64,000 nucleotides of DNA, taken from an uncultured Candidatus Saccharibacteria bacterium (GTDB lineage Bacteria; Patescibacteriota; Minisyncoccia; Phycocordibacterales; UBA9973). Position numbers and translations under genes: made by a program. The notes below the pieces were generated by a model. The model saw only the letters and a list, made by a program, of their open reading frames with translations, made no database searches and was not told the origin of the DNA. Position 1 is the stretch's first letter, and each line of letters opens with the position of its first letter. Positions 1 through 9,011 of the stretch are shown one piece after another. Where the stretch lies: positions 10,318-74,317 of the forward strand of contig CAZADR010000002.1 of the NCBI GenBank assembly GCA_964484005.1, read 5' to 3'.

Positions 1-90
1 TGTTTTTACAAAAAGAAACAGCCTGGACTAGCTGTTTTCTTGGTTTTCTATCTTCGTGATGTTTAAAATATTTTTTCCAATTCATTAAAT

Positions 91-537
91 TTAACAAAAA
101 ATAAATCTTACCTCGTCGGATAGGATTTTTCCTGCCCTAAAATCATCCTGAAGTCCTTTTGGCATAATACGGATGTCGTCAGTGGGGCTTATCCAAACTA
201 TCTCGGCAATTTCGTGTGCATGGGTTCTGGGTAAACTTTCCATGTTTTTATATTCTTGTGAATTTTTTATTTCAAAAAAGAATTCTATGGATTGTTTTTC
301 GTCTGTGTCTATAAAATTATTTACATAAAGCAACCTGCCAATTTCTGGCTTGATTCCCAATTCTTCCATTACTTCTCGTTCCAAGCATTCTTTTATGTCC
401 TCTTTGTGTTCTAGGTGTCCGCCTGGTAATGCACAAAAACTCGTATCGTGCGGATGCTTTACTCCCAACAACTTACCGCCGTTTAAAATAATAGCCCTAA
501 CTCGAGCTCTTAAAAAGAATTTTTTGTCTTGTTCCAT
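91..537 (-). CDS. NUDIX hydrolase
   Basis: Nudix box GGHLEHKEDIKECLEREVMEELGI (GX5EX7REUXEEXGU pattern) in the 148-aa ORF. Confidence 0.8.
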   Translation of the reverse strand: MEQDKKFFLRARVRAIILNGGKLLGVKHPHDTSFCALPGGHLEHKEDIKECLEREVMEELGIKPEIGRLLYVNNFIDTDEKQSIEFFFEIKNSQEYKNMESLPRTHAHEIAEIVWISPTDDIRIMPKGLQDDFRAGKILSDEVRFIFC

Positions 538-561
538 AAATTGATTATATCAGTTTATTTT

Positions 562-2211
562 TTAAACCGCCTTGAATTCTACGAAGAAGGTGGAGCCTTT
601 GTCGGCGCCTTCGGACTCTACCCAGACTTTGCCTCCATGTGTTTCCACTATTAGCTTTACTGTGTAGAGCCCGTAGCCGGTGCTGTCCACATTTACTTTT
701 ACGGAGTCTTTACCTCGTCCACCTTCGGTAAATAGATTCTTTTTATCTTCTTCGGTGATGCCTACTCCAGTATCTTTGATTATGAGCCTTATCTTTCCGT
801 CTCCGTCTTCGAGATTTACAGATATTTTCCCTGCGGGAGTGTACTTGATAGAGTTTTCAATTAAATTATTTACCACTTCTTTGAGCCAAATAGAGTCTCC
901 CAAAAGATTGTAGCCCCCTTCTTTTATTTCAGATTCTAACTGCAAACCTTTTCTTTCAATAGAAACTTTTTTGTCAGAGATGGATTGCTCTACGAGGTCT
1001 CTAAAATTTAAGATTTTCATGTCATATTTAATGAGACCTTTTTCCATATTGGCGGCATTTAACACCAGGTCGACAGTTTCTATGCCCATATTATCAGAAT
1101 CCAAACCTTGTTCCGCATACTTTTTTACTTCAGGACTTATCTCACCAAAGGTTCCATCCAATAGTCCCGCAAAGATATATTTTGAGCGAGTAAATGAACC
1201 CTTCACTTTGTGGGTGACTAGGTGCACGAGGTTTTCTCTTTGTTTAATCAAGTCTTCCAAATCTAGGTTTAATTTCGCCAATTGTTCCTTCTGCTCTATT
1301 TCTTTTTTGACAGATTTAATTAAGAAGAAACCGAAAATTATTGAAGCAATAAAAGTTATGCCAGTTAATACTATATTAATAAATACTTTGACAAACAAGA
1401 ACTGGGAGCCAATAAGTAATACGAGTCCCCAAACCAAGGCCTGGGTGGCGATAAGTTTTACATTAAAGGCTTTATATTTAACAATTAAATAAGCGAGAAA
1501 ACCAACAAAGATAGGCATTCCAAAAAGACCAAATTGAGCAATGGTCCAGTTGTCTGTTAGACTCCCAATAATATTGCCATATGCGAGGCTTAGTAAAAAT
1601 AAAACTATGCCCAGGGTTATATTAAAAATTTGTCTTCTGTCTTCCTTGTTTGCTTTGAAGTATTTTTCAAAAGCAAAAATTAAAATCCATAGTACATAAA
1701 GAATTTCAATTCCATATCCATAAAGAGTGAGTGGTCCCTCTGTAACCTCTCTATAGCAGTTACTCAAGTCAAATTCAACCAAAGCTAATTTTGTTGATGC
1801 AAAAAAGAGTGTGGGTAAAAGAAAAACAGCTATACTCATTTTCTGAATCAGACTGGTGTCTTTTTTATTAATAAATACGTAGATAAAGTAAACACATGCA
1901 GCATAAATTATTGGTTCAATAATTACCAACAGGGACCAAAAGAACATTTGAAAATCAGGTTTTTCGTTTGCCCATAAAACTAAATCAGCAAAAGCCCATA
2001 ATGAAAAAGTGGTAGTTATAAAAAATAAAATCCTGTTGAGTAATGCTTTTTTGTCTTTTAGAAAAATGATTAAACCTATTAAAAAAGATGGTATTAGGGC
2101 AAAAAGGTGGGAATAAAATATAAGTGGATCAAAAACATTATTAGAAAAAATAAAAAACCTTGCTGTATCCCATTGGCATATTTCTATAAAAGATTGAATT
2201 GATGTTTCCAT
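562..2211 (-). CDS. Membrane-bound sensor histidine kinase (multi-TM N-terminus, HisKA/HATPase_c C-terminus)
   Basis: The N-terminal half is very hydrophobic with several TM helices. The C-terminus has ATP-lid motifs (DTGVGI, GGRGKD, GYGLYTV) and ends ..THGGKVWVESEG. No adjacent response regulator was seen. Confidence 0.8.
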   Translation of the reverse strand: METSIQSFIEICQWDTARFFIFSNNVFDPLIFYSHLFALIPSFLIGLIIFLKDKKALLNRILFFITTTFSLWAFADLVLWANEKPDFQMFFWSLLVIIEPIIYAACVYFIYVFINKKDTSLIQKMSIAVFLLPTLFFASTKLALVEFDLSNCYREVTEGPLTLYGYGIEILYVLWILIFAFEKYFKANKEDRRQIFNITLGIVLFLLSLAYGNIIGSLTDNWTIAQFGLFGMPIFVGFLAYLIVKYKAFNVKLIATQALVWGLVLLIGSQFLFVKVFINIVLTGITFIASIIFGFFLIKSVKKEIEQKEQLAKLNLDLEDLIKQRENLVHLVTHKVKGSFTRSKYIFAGLLDGTFGEISPEVKKYAEQGLDSDNMGIETVDLVLNAANMEKGLIKYDMKILNFRDLVEQSISDKKVSIERKGLQLESEIKEGGYNLLGDSIWLKEVVNNLIENSIKYTPAGKISVNLEDGDGKIRLIIKDTGVGITEEDKKNLFTEGGRGKDSVKVNVDSTGYGLYTVKLIVETHGGKVWVESEGADKGSTFFVEFKAV

Positions 2212-2352
2212 AATTATTCTTCAAGTAGAGAATTGTTAAACATTTCTTCGTCCGTAAAAATATCAAAATCTTTTTTTATAACAAAAGTGTAATATGAAAA
2301 AACTATTGATAAAAATACTAAAACAAAAAAAACTATTATAAATACTTTTGAT

Positions 2353-2841
2353 TTAATTTCCATTTTCTTTCACGTGTTTTTGATAAATTTTTTGGAAAAA
2401 CTTCGGAACATAAGGCATATACTTATTATAAACCCCTTTTTTCAAAAACTGAATTGATTTTATAACTTTTCTGCAATTTTTACTACCACAATTGCATTTT
2501 TTATCCAATTGCCAAAATTTGTCTTCTTCAGTTATTGAATAATCAATTAATATCTCGTCTCCTTTTTTTATATCTTTTATAGCTGTTATTGTCTTAGATC
2601 CTTTTATTCCTACATTGGGGGCGCATGAATGATTTAGATAATTAAAGGGTGGCTCTGGGTCTATCCATTTATTTTTTCCACAACCAATCCAGTTGGGACC
2701 AAAAGCAGAAGTTTTCTTATCAACAACTTTCCAATTTACGATTTTACCTTTTATGAAAGAAACTATTTCACCCTTTTTTATATCTTGAGCTGCGAAAATT
2801 CCTTTTCCGTGCAGTTTGCTTTTTCCGATGTATATTTTCAT
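2353..2841 (-). CDS. SET-domain protein (putative protein lysine methyltransferase)
   Basis: Motif NHSCAPN (SET NHSCxPN) followed by a Cys-rich post-SET-like CNCGSKNC; the product is 162 aa. Confidence 0.7.
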   Translation of the reverse strand: MKIYIGKSKLHGKGIFAAQDIKKGEIVSFIKGKIVNWKVVDKKTSAFGPNWIGCGKNKWIDPEPPFNYLNHSCAPNVGIKGSKTITAIKDIKKGDEILIDYSITEEDKFWQLDKKCNCGSKNCRKVIKSIQFLKKGVYNKYMPYVPKFFQKIYQKHVKENGN

Positions 2842-2844
2842 AAA

Positions 2845-3474
2845 TTAATCATGCTTTATGAGAAAGCTGACATCTTTCATTATACCTCTTTTCTTGAAAA
2901 GAAGTATAAGAATTATTATTAAATCAGAAACTAACATATAAATAGGGTAGACAAGGATTGCAAAAGTAAACCTTTCTACAGCAAACATGTTTAAGCTGTC
3001 TGCAAGCCCAGTACCAAACCAAGCCCAAAAATCTTCTCCTTCTGGGCGAAGATATGATTTTTTGATTGTTGGAATTATTGCAAAAGAATCTATGGCAAGG
3101 TTTGTGACGAGAGCAATCACAGGATTGTTGAATATAATCCAAAGAAGTACGCTTGCGAATGCTCCAAAAAGACAAAGTAGGTCAGTTTTATCCTCTAAAC
3201 TTCCTTCTCCATATTTTATAGAAAGAATTGCTATGCTTAATGGACCCAAGAATTCAACATAGGGAACCCAAATAGTATTTTCAGCTCCAGAAAAATGATA
3301 ACTTAAAGCCATTACCAAACCCATAAAAGACCAAATCCACCAAGTGGCTCTGTTTGGTTTAGTATTGCCCTTTATTATTGAAATTATATAAACGATGTAG
3401 GCTAAAAAGGCGATGATGCCTGCGATGAGTCCCAGAACAACCCTTATGTCTGTAAAATCAAGATTGAATATCAC
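2845..3474 (-). CDS. Hypothetical integral membrane protein
   Basis: 209-aa ORF with several hydrophobic helices; no motif recognised. Confidence 0.45.
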   Translation of the reverse strand: MIFNLDFTDIRVVLGLIAGIIAFLAYIVYIISIIKGNTKPNRATWWIWSFMGLVMALSYHFSGAENTIWVPYVEFLGPLSIAILSIKYGEGSLEDKTDLLCLFGAFASVLLWIIFNNPVIALVTNLAIDSFAIIPTIKKSYLRPEGEDFWAWFGTGLADSLNMFAVERFTFAILVYPIYMLVSDLIIILILLFKKRGIMKDVSFLIKHD

Positions 3475-3513
3475 TGTGATATTGTAACATATTTTGATAA
3501 TTTAACAGTAAAA

Positions 3514-3622
3514 CCTTGCTTTTTAGGTTTGTTTGTGGTATACTTCCAACAAATAGCAGTTCTCTGACTTTTCAATATTCACAAAACAAACGCAACACAA
3601 AAAACATCCAAAGGAGGATGCC
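3514..3622 (+). promoter_or_regulatory. Conserved promoter plus 5-prime leader, copy A (TTGCTT-N17-TGgTATACT, long UTR ending AAGGAGGATGCCATG)
   Basis: -35 TTGCTT at 3516-3521, 17-bp spacer, extended -10 TGGTATACT at 3536-3544, SD AGGAGG 7 nt before the ATG at 3623. Near-identical copies lie at 32370-32477 and 34445-34562. Confidence 0.6.
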
Positions 3623-4405
3623 ATGAGAAAGTATTTTGTTTTCTTTGTAGTTTCACTTCTTCTGGTGGCATTCTCGATGAATGCCGACCGCCGTCGCCCC
3701 GTGCGAATCGGCTCGTCAGACTCGGTGGAGGCAATCATTGCCGTCATCTATCTGGACAAGGATGGACTTCTTGTTCAGGAAGGTGATCCTTGGCATTATT
3801 GCTGGGTGTCAATGCAGTCGATGAGGCCGTTGACCTCGGGTACGACCTTCACCTACTCGGTGCAAAAACCTGGTGCAAATGAAGGTGATTTCACCTTCAT
3901 CAGATCCAACACGGTTCAACTGCATGAGGCAGGGTTTTACACTTCGTCCAGAATATATTTCAAGGACGGGTTCTATGATACCCTTTCTGACGGAAACCGT
4001 CAGGATTGGTTGCCTGGGATCGCTGTGTTCAGGGCGGAGATCCAACCTCTCAAAGGGGTGAAGACTTCGGTCATCCATAAAATACCGGTTCGTCTCGATG
4101 AACTCAGGGTGCCTCTTGGGCCCTTACAGCAGGCCATCGTCTCAGTAGATGGTAGAAGTGTCATGCTTCTGGGAGTTTTTTCAACACCTCCTTCTGCAAT
4201 GCTTTTTCATTTTTACTCCGATGGTACATGGATGAGTAATCCCGTTGGAGTCTCTCAAAACCAGTTTGTGGTTCCAGGTGGGATGTATGGTCATGGATCT
4301 CCACTGACAGTGATGTCGGGATATCCAGATGCAGAGTGCTCTACTGTGCAGGTGGACATTCCGGATACCTCCAAGAATAAGTTGTTTCGTGAAGAAGTTG
4401 AATAG
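3623..4405 (+). CDS. Secreted hypothetical protein, GC-rich, paralog of 34563..35255
   Basis: Signal peptide MRKYFVFFVVSLLLVAFSMNA followed by DRRRPVR. Shares its N-terminus and C-terminal motif (C-S/Q-T-x-Q-V-DIP) with 34563..35255. GC content is clearly above the surroundings. Confidence 0.65.
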   Translation: MRKYFVFFVVSLLLVAFSMNADRRRPVRIGSSDSVEAIIAVIYLDKDGLLVQEGDPWHYCWVSMQSMRPLTSGTTFTYSVQKPGANEGDFTFIRSNTVQLHEAGFYTSSRIYFKDGFYDTLSDGNRQDWLPGIAVFRAEIQPLKGVKTSVIHKIPVRLDELRVPLGPLQQAIVSVDGRSVMLLGVFSTPPSAMLFHFYSDGTWMSNPVGVSQNQFVVPGGMYGHGSPLTVMSGYPDAECSTVQVDIPDTSKNKLFREEVE

Positions 4406-4428
4406 AACCGAAAGGTTCGAAGATAAAC

Positions 4429-4458
4429 CAGCCCCGCGCAAGCGCGGGGCTTTTTTAT
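4429..4458 (+). terminator. Rho-independent terminator
   Basis: GCCCCGCGC-AAGC-GCGGGGC stem followed by TTTTTTATTT. Confidence 0.7.
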
Positions 4459-4517
4459 TTCTAAATTTCTCATTTTATATATTCTGTGGATAACTTTTTT
4501 TTACTTGTTTTTTTATT

Positions 4518-7370
4518 TTGTTGTATAATTTACAGCATATGATAACTACATTAAAAAGCAGGTTTTTATTATTAATATTTGTTTTTTCTTTTGTAACTTT
4601 TTTAGGAATTTCCGACAAGGCCAACGCTATGGTTGATTCTAGTGGAAATATTTTTTGTGCTAGAGAAAGTTATTGGGAATTAAACAAGACGGGTGCTGTT
4701 ACTGGAACTGGAGATGAGGGGAGTGGTTATACTACTTTAGTGCCACTACATTCTTCTTCGGATACTAGCTATGATACTATTAGCCCTTTTACGGCTGGCG
4801 CCACTCTCACATATCATCGTCGCTGGGTTGGGACTGAGCCAATATCACCAAGTACTTGGAATAGTTCTTGGACTACAGAAACCTGTACCACGGGTCCACT
4901 AGATGGAAATAAATGCTCTGTGAGTGTCAGTGGTGGTTTTTACCTTAATCCCGCATACAGCGGTGGAGGTCAGGCATATGATATTTATGGTGAGCCTGCA
5001 TGTATAGAAGATGGATATGCTGGTGTTGCTTATAGTTCACCAAATAGGATAAGTGCAGGATATACTGTAAATGCAACTGTTTCCGGGGTTGGGGGATCAC
5101 CTACACCTCTTTCTCAGTCAGTAGCTGCTAACGGCACCACAAAATTTACCTTAACTCCAAGTTCTTCTTATATTGTAAATAAAGATGATGTTACTAAAAA
5201 TTCTACTGGTTGTAATTTAGGAAACGAGGCAACCGCATGGTCTGGAAACGAGTACACTACTGGTACGATTAATGCTAATTGTACTTACACTTTTTCTTTT
5301 ACAGCTATTCCTGCTGTTACTGCTTCTTGTTCCGTCTCAAGTCCGGTGGCATCTGGGGTAAATCCAAGCATTACTTTTACCACAAATTCAAGTTCAAACA
5401 ATTGTTATGTTCGTAACGACAATATTGCCTTTGGTTTTTCTCCTCAACCTGGAACAGGAGTTTCTTCTTCCGGAACAGTCTATCAGCCTGGAGTTCAGAC
5501 AGCGGGCTCTCACCAAGGCTCAATATATTGTCAAAATTCAGCCAATACAGCAAATAGTGGCTGGCAATATTGTCCGTATACAGTGAGTGCACCAGCTATT
5601 CCCGCTACTCCCACAGGTCTTACCGCTACAGCAAGCTCCTGTGGAACTGGAACGATAAATGTATCTTGGAGTGCATCTGCTGGTGCAACAAGTTACACCC
5701 TTAAAGATGGAGCTACTGTTATTTATTCTGGAGCTTCTACTTCTTATTCTCATATTGGTCTAGTTGCAGGTTCTAGTCATAGTTACACTGTTTCTGCTTC
5801 AAACGCTGCGGGTTCATCAGCATATTCAGCTGCTGTTTCAAGAACTGCTCCAGCAGCTTGTGCTCCAACCGACGCTTGTGGTAATGGTAGTAGCTCTTTT
5901 CCTAGATTAACTGAACCGACAACTAATCCAACTGCTTGTAATCCAGGAGTGTATGCAAACTCTCCAGCTGATACCACCACCTTGGGCGCTCAAGCTTGGA
6001 ATTGGTCTTGTGGCACGGTCACTTCCTGTTCTGCTCCCAAATATGGCTGTAGAGTAACGACTGACTCAAATTATAGTCTTCCTCAATATGGACCAACTGG
6101 ACCAAACAACAATTATGGTTGCGCTGGTACTTGTGCAAACGGGGGAACAGATTATTCTACCTGTACACCTCCAGTTGGTATGTCTGGAACCTTGACCACT
6201 CCTAGCTGTACGATTGCTTCCGGGTCCAGCACTTGTACCACGACTGTCTCTTGGACAGTAACTAATCCTGTAGTAGTCGGCGGCTCTTCAGTCACTTCTT
6301 CATATCCTAGTGCTGGTACAGTCGTCGCTCCTCCAGTCAGTACTGGAACTGCAGATTCAGGTACAAAAACAGGTGTAACTATTCCATATAGTTCCAGGAC
6401 TTTCTATCTTTACAACAACAATGTTCAATTAAATACAGGCACAGCTAACGCTACCTGCGCTACAGGTTCAGCCTGGAACGGAACCATCTGTTATACAGCA
6501 CCCGCTCTTCCTGATTTGACAGCCGCTTCTACTACTCCTTCTACTGCTGTAAAAAATGAAGCCAAAACTTTTTCTTCAATCGTTACAAACATTGGAGCTG
6601 CAGATACTGGTGCATCTTTCTCAAACTTCTTTCAAGTGTGTAATGTAGGAGGAGGATGTGCAACTCCAACAGATCTAGCTCCTACTACCATGACAGCTTT
6701 GGCTGGTGGAGCGACCGGTACGGCCACCAAAGATTACACCTTTACCTCTGTCGGAACATTTTCTGTTCGAGCTTGTGCAGACAAGACAAACTCTGCTTCT
6801 CTTGGTGTAATTAACGAAGGGACCATGGAAGGCAACAACTGTGGAAATTGGGCTAATGTTACTGTTTCCGATACCCCAACTCCACCTTCCAATGAAGCCC
6901 CCGTCATCACCATCTGGGCTACTCCAACTTCTGGTACCGTGAATATTGTCAAACCTACTATTCTCTGGAGTGTCGACAATGATCCGACATCTTGTGCGGC
7001 AAGTGAAGACTGGTTAGGTAGTCGAAATTACAGTGGAGCTCAAACTCAAGAACCAGCCTTAAATCAAATTAAAACTTACCGTTACACATTAATCTGCTCC
7101 AATGCTTATGGTAGTGATGAAGCTACTGCTACGGTCGCAGTGTCTGGAACTGCCTCTGGAGTAAGTATTAGTGTAAATCCTACCTCCATCTATGCTGGAG
7201 ATTCAGCCACTCTCACTTGGTCAGGCGCAGGAGCTTGTACTTATAACTTTGATACTGGTTCTAATATTGTAACTCCAAATACGACCACTACTTACACTCT
7301 TACTTGTGATGGTGTATCTTCTAGTGCTACATTGATAGTGAAGAAGAAACCGATATTTATTGAGGATTAG
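4518..7370 (+). CDS. Large secreted Cys/Thr/Ser/Gly-rich surface protein (likely start 4539, MITTLKSRFLLL signal peptide)
   Basis: Signal peptide, low-complexity T/S/G/C-rich composition, and an extended -10 TGTTGTATAAT upstream. The C-terminal ~460 aa are identical to the product of 35386..38112. Confidence 0.7.
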   Translation: MLYNLQHMITTLKSRFLLLIFVFSFVTFLGISDKANAMVDSSGNIFCARESYWELNKTGAVTGTGDEGSGYTTLVPLHSSSDTSYDTISPFTAGATLTYHRRWVGTEPISPSTWNSSWTTETCTTGPLDGNKCSVSVSGGFYLNPAYSGGGQAYDIYGEPACIEDGYAGVAYSSPNRISAGYTVNATVSGVGGSPTPLSQSVAANGTTKFTLTPSSSYIVNKDDVTKNSTGCNLGNEATAWSGNEYTTGTINANCTYTFSFTAIPAVTASCSVSSPVASGVNPSITFTTNSSSNNCYVRNDNIAFGFSPQPGTGVSSSGTVYQPGVQTAGSHQGSIYCQNSANTANSGWQYCPYTVSAPAIPATPTGLTATASSCGTGTINVSWSASAGATSYTLKDGATVIYSGASTSYSHIGLVAGSSHSYTVSASNAAGSSAYSAAVSRTAPAACAPTDACGNGSSSFPRLTEPTTNPTACNPGVYANSPADTTTLGAQAWNWSCGTVTSCSAPKYGCRVTTDSNYSLPQYGPTGPNNNYGCAGTCANGGTDYSTCTPPVGMSGTLTTPSCTIASGSSTCTTTVSWTVTNPVVVGGSSVTSSYPSAGTVVAPPVSTGTADSGTKTGVTIPYSSRTFYLYNNNVQLNTGTANATCATGSAWNGTICYTAPALPDLTAASTTPSTAVKNEAKTFSSIVTNIGAADTGASFSNFFQVCNVGGGCATPTDLAPTTMTALAGGATGTATKDYTFTSVGTFSVRACADKTNSASLGVINEGTMEGNNCGNWANVTVSDTPTPPSNEAPVITIWATPTSGTVNIVKPTILWSVDNDPTSCAASEDWLGSRNYSGAQTQEPALNQIKTYRYTLICSNAYGSDEATATVAVSGTASGVSISVNPTSIYAGDSATLTWSGAGACTYNFDTGSNIVTPNTTTTYTLTCDGVSSSATLIVKKKPIFIED

Positions 7371-7378
7371 AAGGTTTG
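5988..7378. repeat. 1.39-kb segment identical to 36730..38120 (offset 30742)
   Basis: Protein sequences are identical from GAQAWNWSCGTV to the C-terminal IFIED. The shadow ORFs 6734..6979 and 37476..37721 are identical, and DNA identity ends right after the stop codons (gattagaag). Confidence 0.85.
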
Positions 7379-7457
7379 TTTTGAATTTAATAAATTAAAA
7401 AACCTATTTTATAACCCTAAGATAGGTTTTTTTATAGTTTATTGTTAAACTTTAAGT

Positions 7458-8030
7458 ATGATACTAGAGACCAAAAGGTTGATATTAAGAAAGCCCCAAA
7501 AGAGTGACTGGAAAGACTTAGTGGAGGGAGTGGGGGAGTATGATGTCGCCAAGATGCTTTTGATGGTGCCTCATCCTTACGGGAAAAAAGATGCAGATAC
7601 TTATATAAAAACTGTAATAAAAAGATGGGCACAAAAGGTTCAAAATGACTATACTTTTTTTATTGAGTTGAAATCCGAGAAAAAAGTTATTGGAGCTATT
7701 GGAATCCACAGAATAAACATTTTTTCTGGAACTGGAACGACGGGCTCCTGGATTAATAAAAAATATTGGAGAAATGGTTATATGACCGAGGTCAAAATTG
7801 TGTTAAATGATTTTGCCTTTAATAAATTAAAATTAAGAAGATTGAATTCAGAAGTTTTTGCTGGAAATAAAGCCTCAAACGCCACTCAGTCAAAAATGGG
7901 GTATAAGCTCGAGGGAACAATGAGAAAAGCCGCGAGGTGCAAAGCATCAGGCGAAATTCATGATGAAAATACCTATGGTTTATTAAAAGAAGATTGGAAG
8001 AGGGCCAGAGCTAAGATTGTTAAAAAATAG
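7458..8030 (+). CDS. GNAT family N-acetyltransferase (RimJ/RimL-like)
   Basis: N-terminus MILETKRLILRKPQKSDWKDL and overall GNAT-like pattern; 190 aa. Confidence 0.65.
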   Translation: MILETKRLILRKPQKSDWKDLVEGVGEYDVAKMLLMVPHPYGKKDADTYIKTVIKRWAQKVQNDYTFFIELKSEKKVIGAIGIHRINIFSGTGTTGSWINKKYWRNGYMTEVKIVLNDFAFNKLKLRRLNSEVFAGNKASNATQSKMGYKLEGTMRKAARCKASGEIHDENTYGLLKEDWKRARAKIVKK

Positions 8031-8035
8031 TTTTT

Positions 8036-8473
8036 ATGGAAACAAAGTTAAATGAAATAGGAAATGAATTTAAATGCCCCGTGGCCATTGTCGTGAAAGA
8101 GGGGAAAATATTGACTGGGCATCGTCATTATACAAAAGATAAATGGAAGGAAATTTCTGTTTGGACTATACCAGGCGGTAGGTGTGATTCTGGTGAAACT
8201 TTAAGGCAAGCTCTCACCAGAGAGATACAAGAAGAAGTAGGAATCACGGAATTTGAAATAGTAGATTTTATAGGAGAAGCACCAGGGGCAAAAGAGGGGG
8301 ACAGTGTGCCTATGTTTTTCTGTACGACAGAGCAAGATTTTATACTAATGGAACCAGAAAAGTTTTCTGAATGGAAATGGGTAACAAAAGATGAATACAT
8401 AAATGAGGACAAATACAGTGGTTTTAATCCTGTGGTAAAAAATTTGATTGTGGAATATCTAAAAAATCTATGA
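8036..8473 (+). CDS. NUDIX hydrolase
   Basis: Nudix box GGRCDSGETLRQALTREIQEEVGI. Confidence 0.75.
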   Translation: METKLNEIGNEFKCPVAIVVKEGKILTGHRHYTKDKWKEISVWTIPGGRCDSGETLRQALTREIQEEVGITEFEIVDFIGEAPGAKEGDSVPMFFCTTEQDFILMEPEKFSEWKWVTKDEYINEDKYSGFNPVVKNLIVEYLKNL

Positions 8474-8499
8474 AAAAGTGGGTATTTTTGAAATAAAAA

Positions 8500-9006
8500 A
8501 TGAGCAAAGAAAATTTAAATAAAATACTTATAGTTGGAGATATGGGAAGAGGAAAGTCCACTCTTGCAGAGAAACTTTCTAAAAAATTGGGGATACCGTA
8601 TTATTCTACTGACGATTTTTACTATGAGATAAAATTCTCAAAAGTACGAGATAGGCCAGAAAGTATTGAAAAAATACTAGAAGTTTACAAAACAGATAAA
8701 TGGATTGTTGAGGGTACGACTAAACGTCTTATTGAAAATGGTTTGCACTCCGCAGATTTAATTATTCATCTTCAGCATAAAAATATACCGACGCAGTGGG
8801 TGATTCTTTTTAAAAGATATTTGGGAAGAGAAAATGAAACAATCTTTGGATTATTTGGTCTTATGAAACATTCTTTGTTTAAAAAATATAAAATTGGTTA
8901 TAGAAAAGGTAAAGAAACACCCACAGAGACTATTGAGCCACATAAACATAAAGTAGTTAAGCTTTCTTCTTTTAAAGAAATAGATAAATTTATGGATTCA
9001 TTGTAA
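8500..9006 (+). CDS. P-loop NTPase / small-molecule kinase-like protein
   Basis: Walker A GDMGRGKST near the N-terminus; 168 aa, adenylate-kinase/topology-modulation-like. Confidence 0.5.
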   Translation: MSKENLNKILIVGDMGRGKSTLAEKLSKKLGIPYYSTDDFYYEIKFSKVRDRPESIEKILEVYKTDKWIVEGTTKRLIENGLHSADLIIHLQHKNIPTQWVILFKRYLGRENETIFGLFGLMKHSLFKKYKIGYRKGKETPTETIEPHKHKVVKLSSFKEIDKFMDSL

Positions 9007-9011
9007 ATTTT

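Noticed and set aside
4405-4418. Palindrome GAACCGAAAGGTTC as a second LexA box
   Set aside because: Spacing is GAAC-N6-GTTC, not the N4 spacing of the Cheo box seen at 20191-20202. More likely part of the terminator region's secondary structure.
6734-6979. 81-aa antisense ORF (and identical copy 37476-37721), plus other overlapping antisense ORFs in the track (for example 2924-3175, 17239-17677, 22363-22812)
   Set aside because: Shadow ORFs inside well-supported genes. Their duplication merely reflects the 1.39-kb DNA repeat.
4518-7370. Possible diversity-generating retroelement target (variable protein with duplicated region)
   Set aside because: No reverse transcriptase gene and no short template/variable repeat pair with adenine-specific differences. 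The duplicated region is 1.39 kb and identical, consistent with gene conversion rather than DGR mutagenesis.
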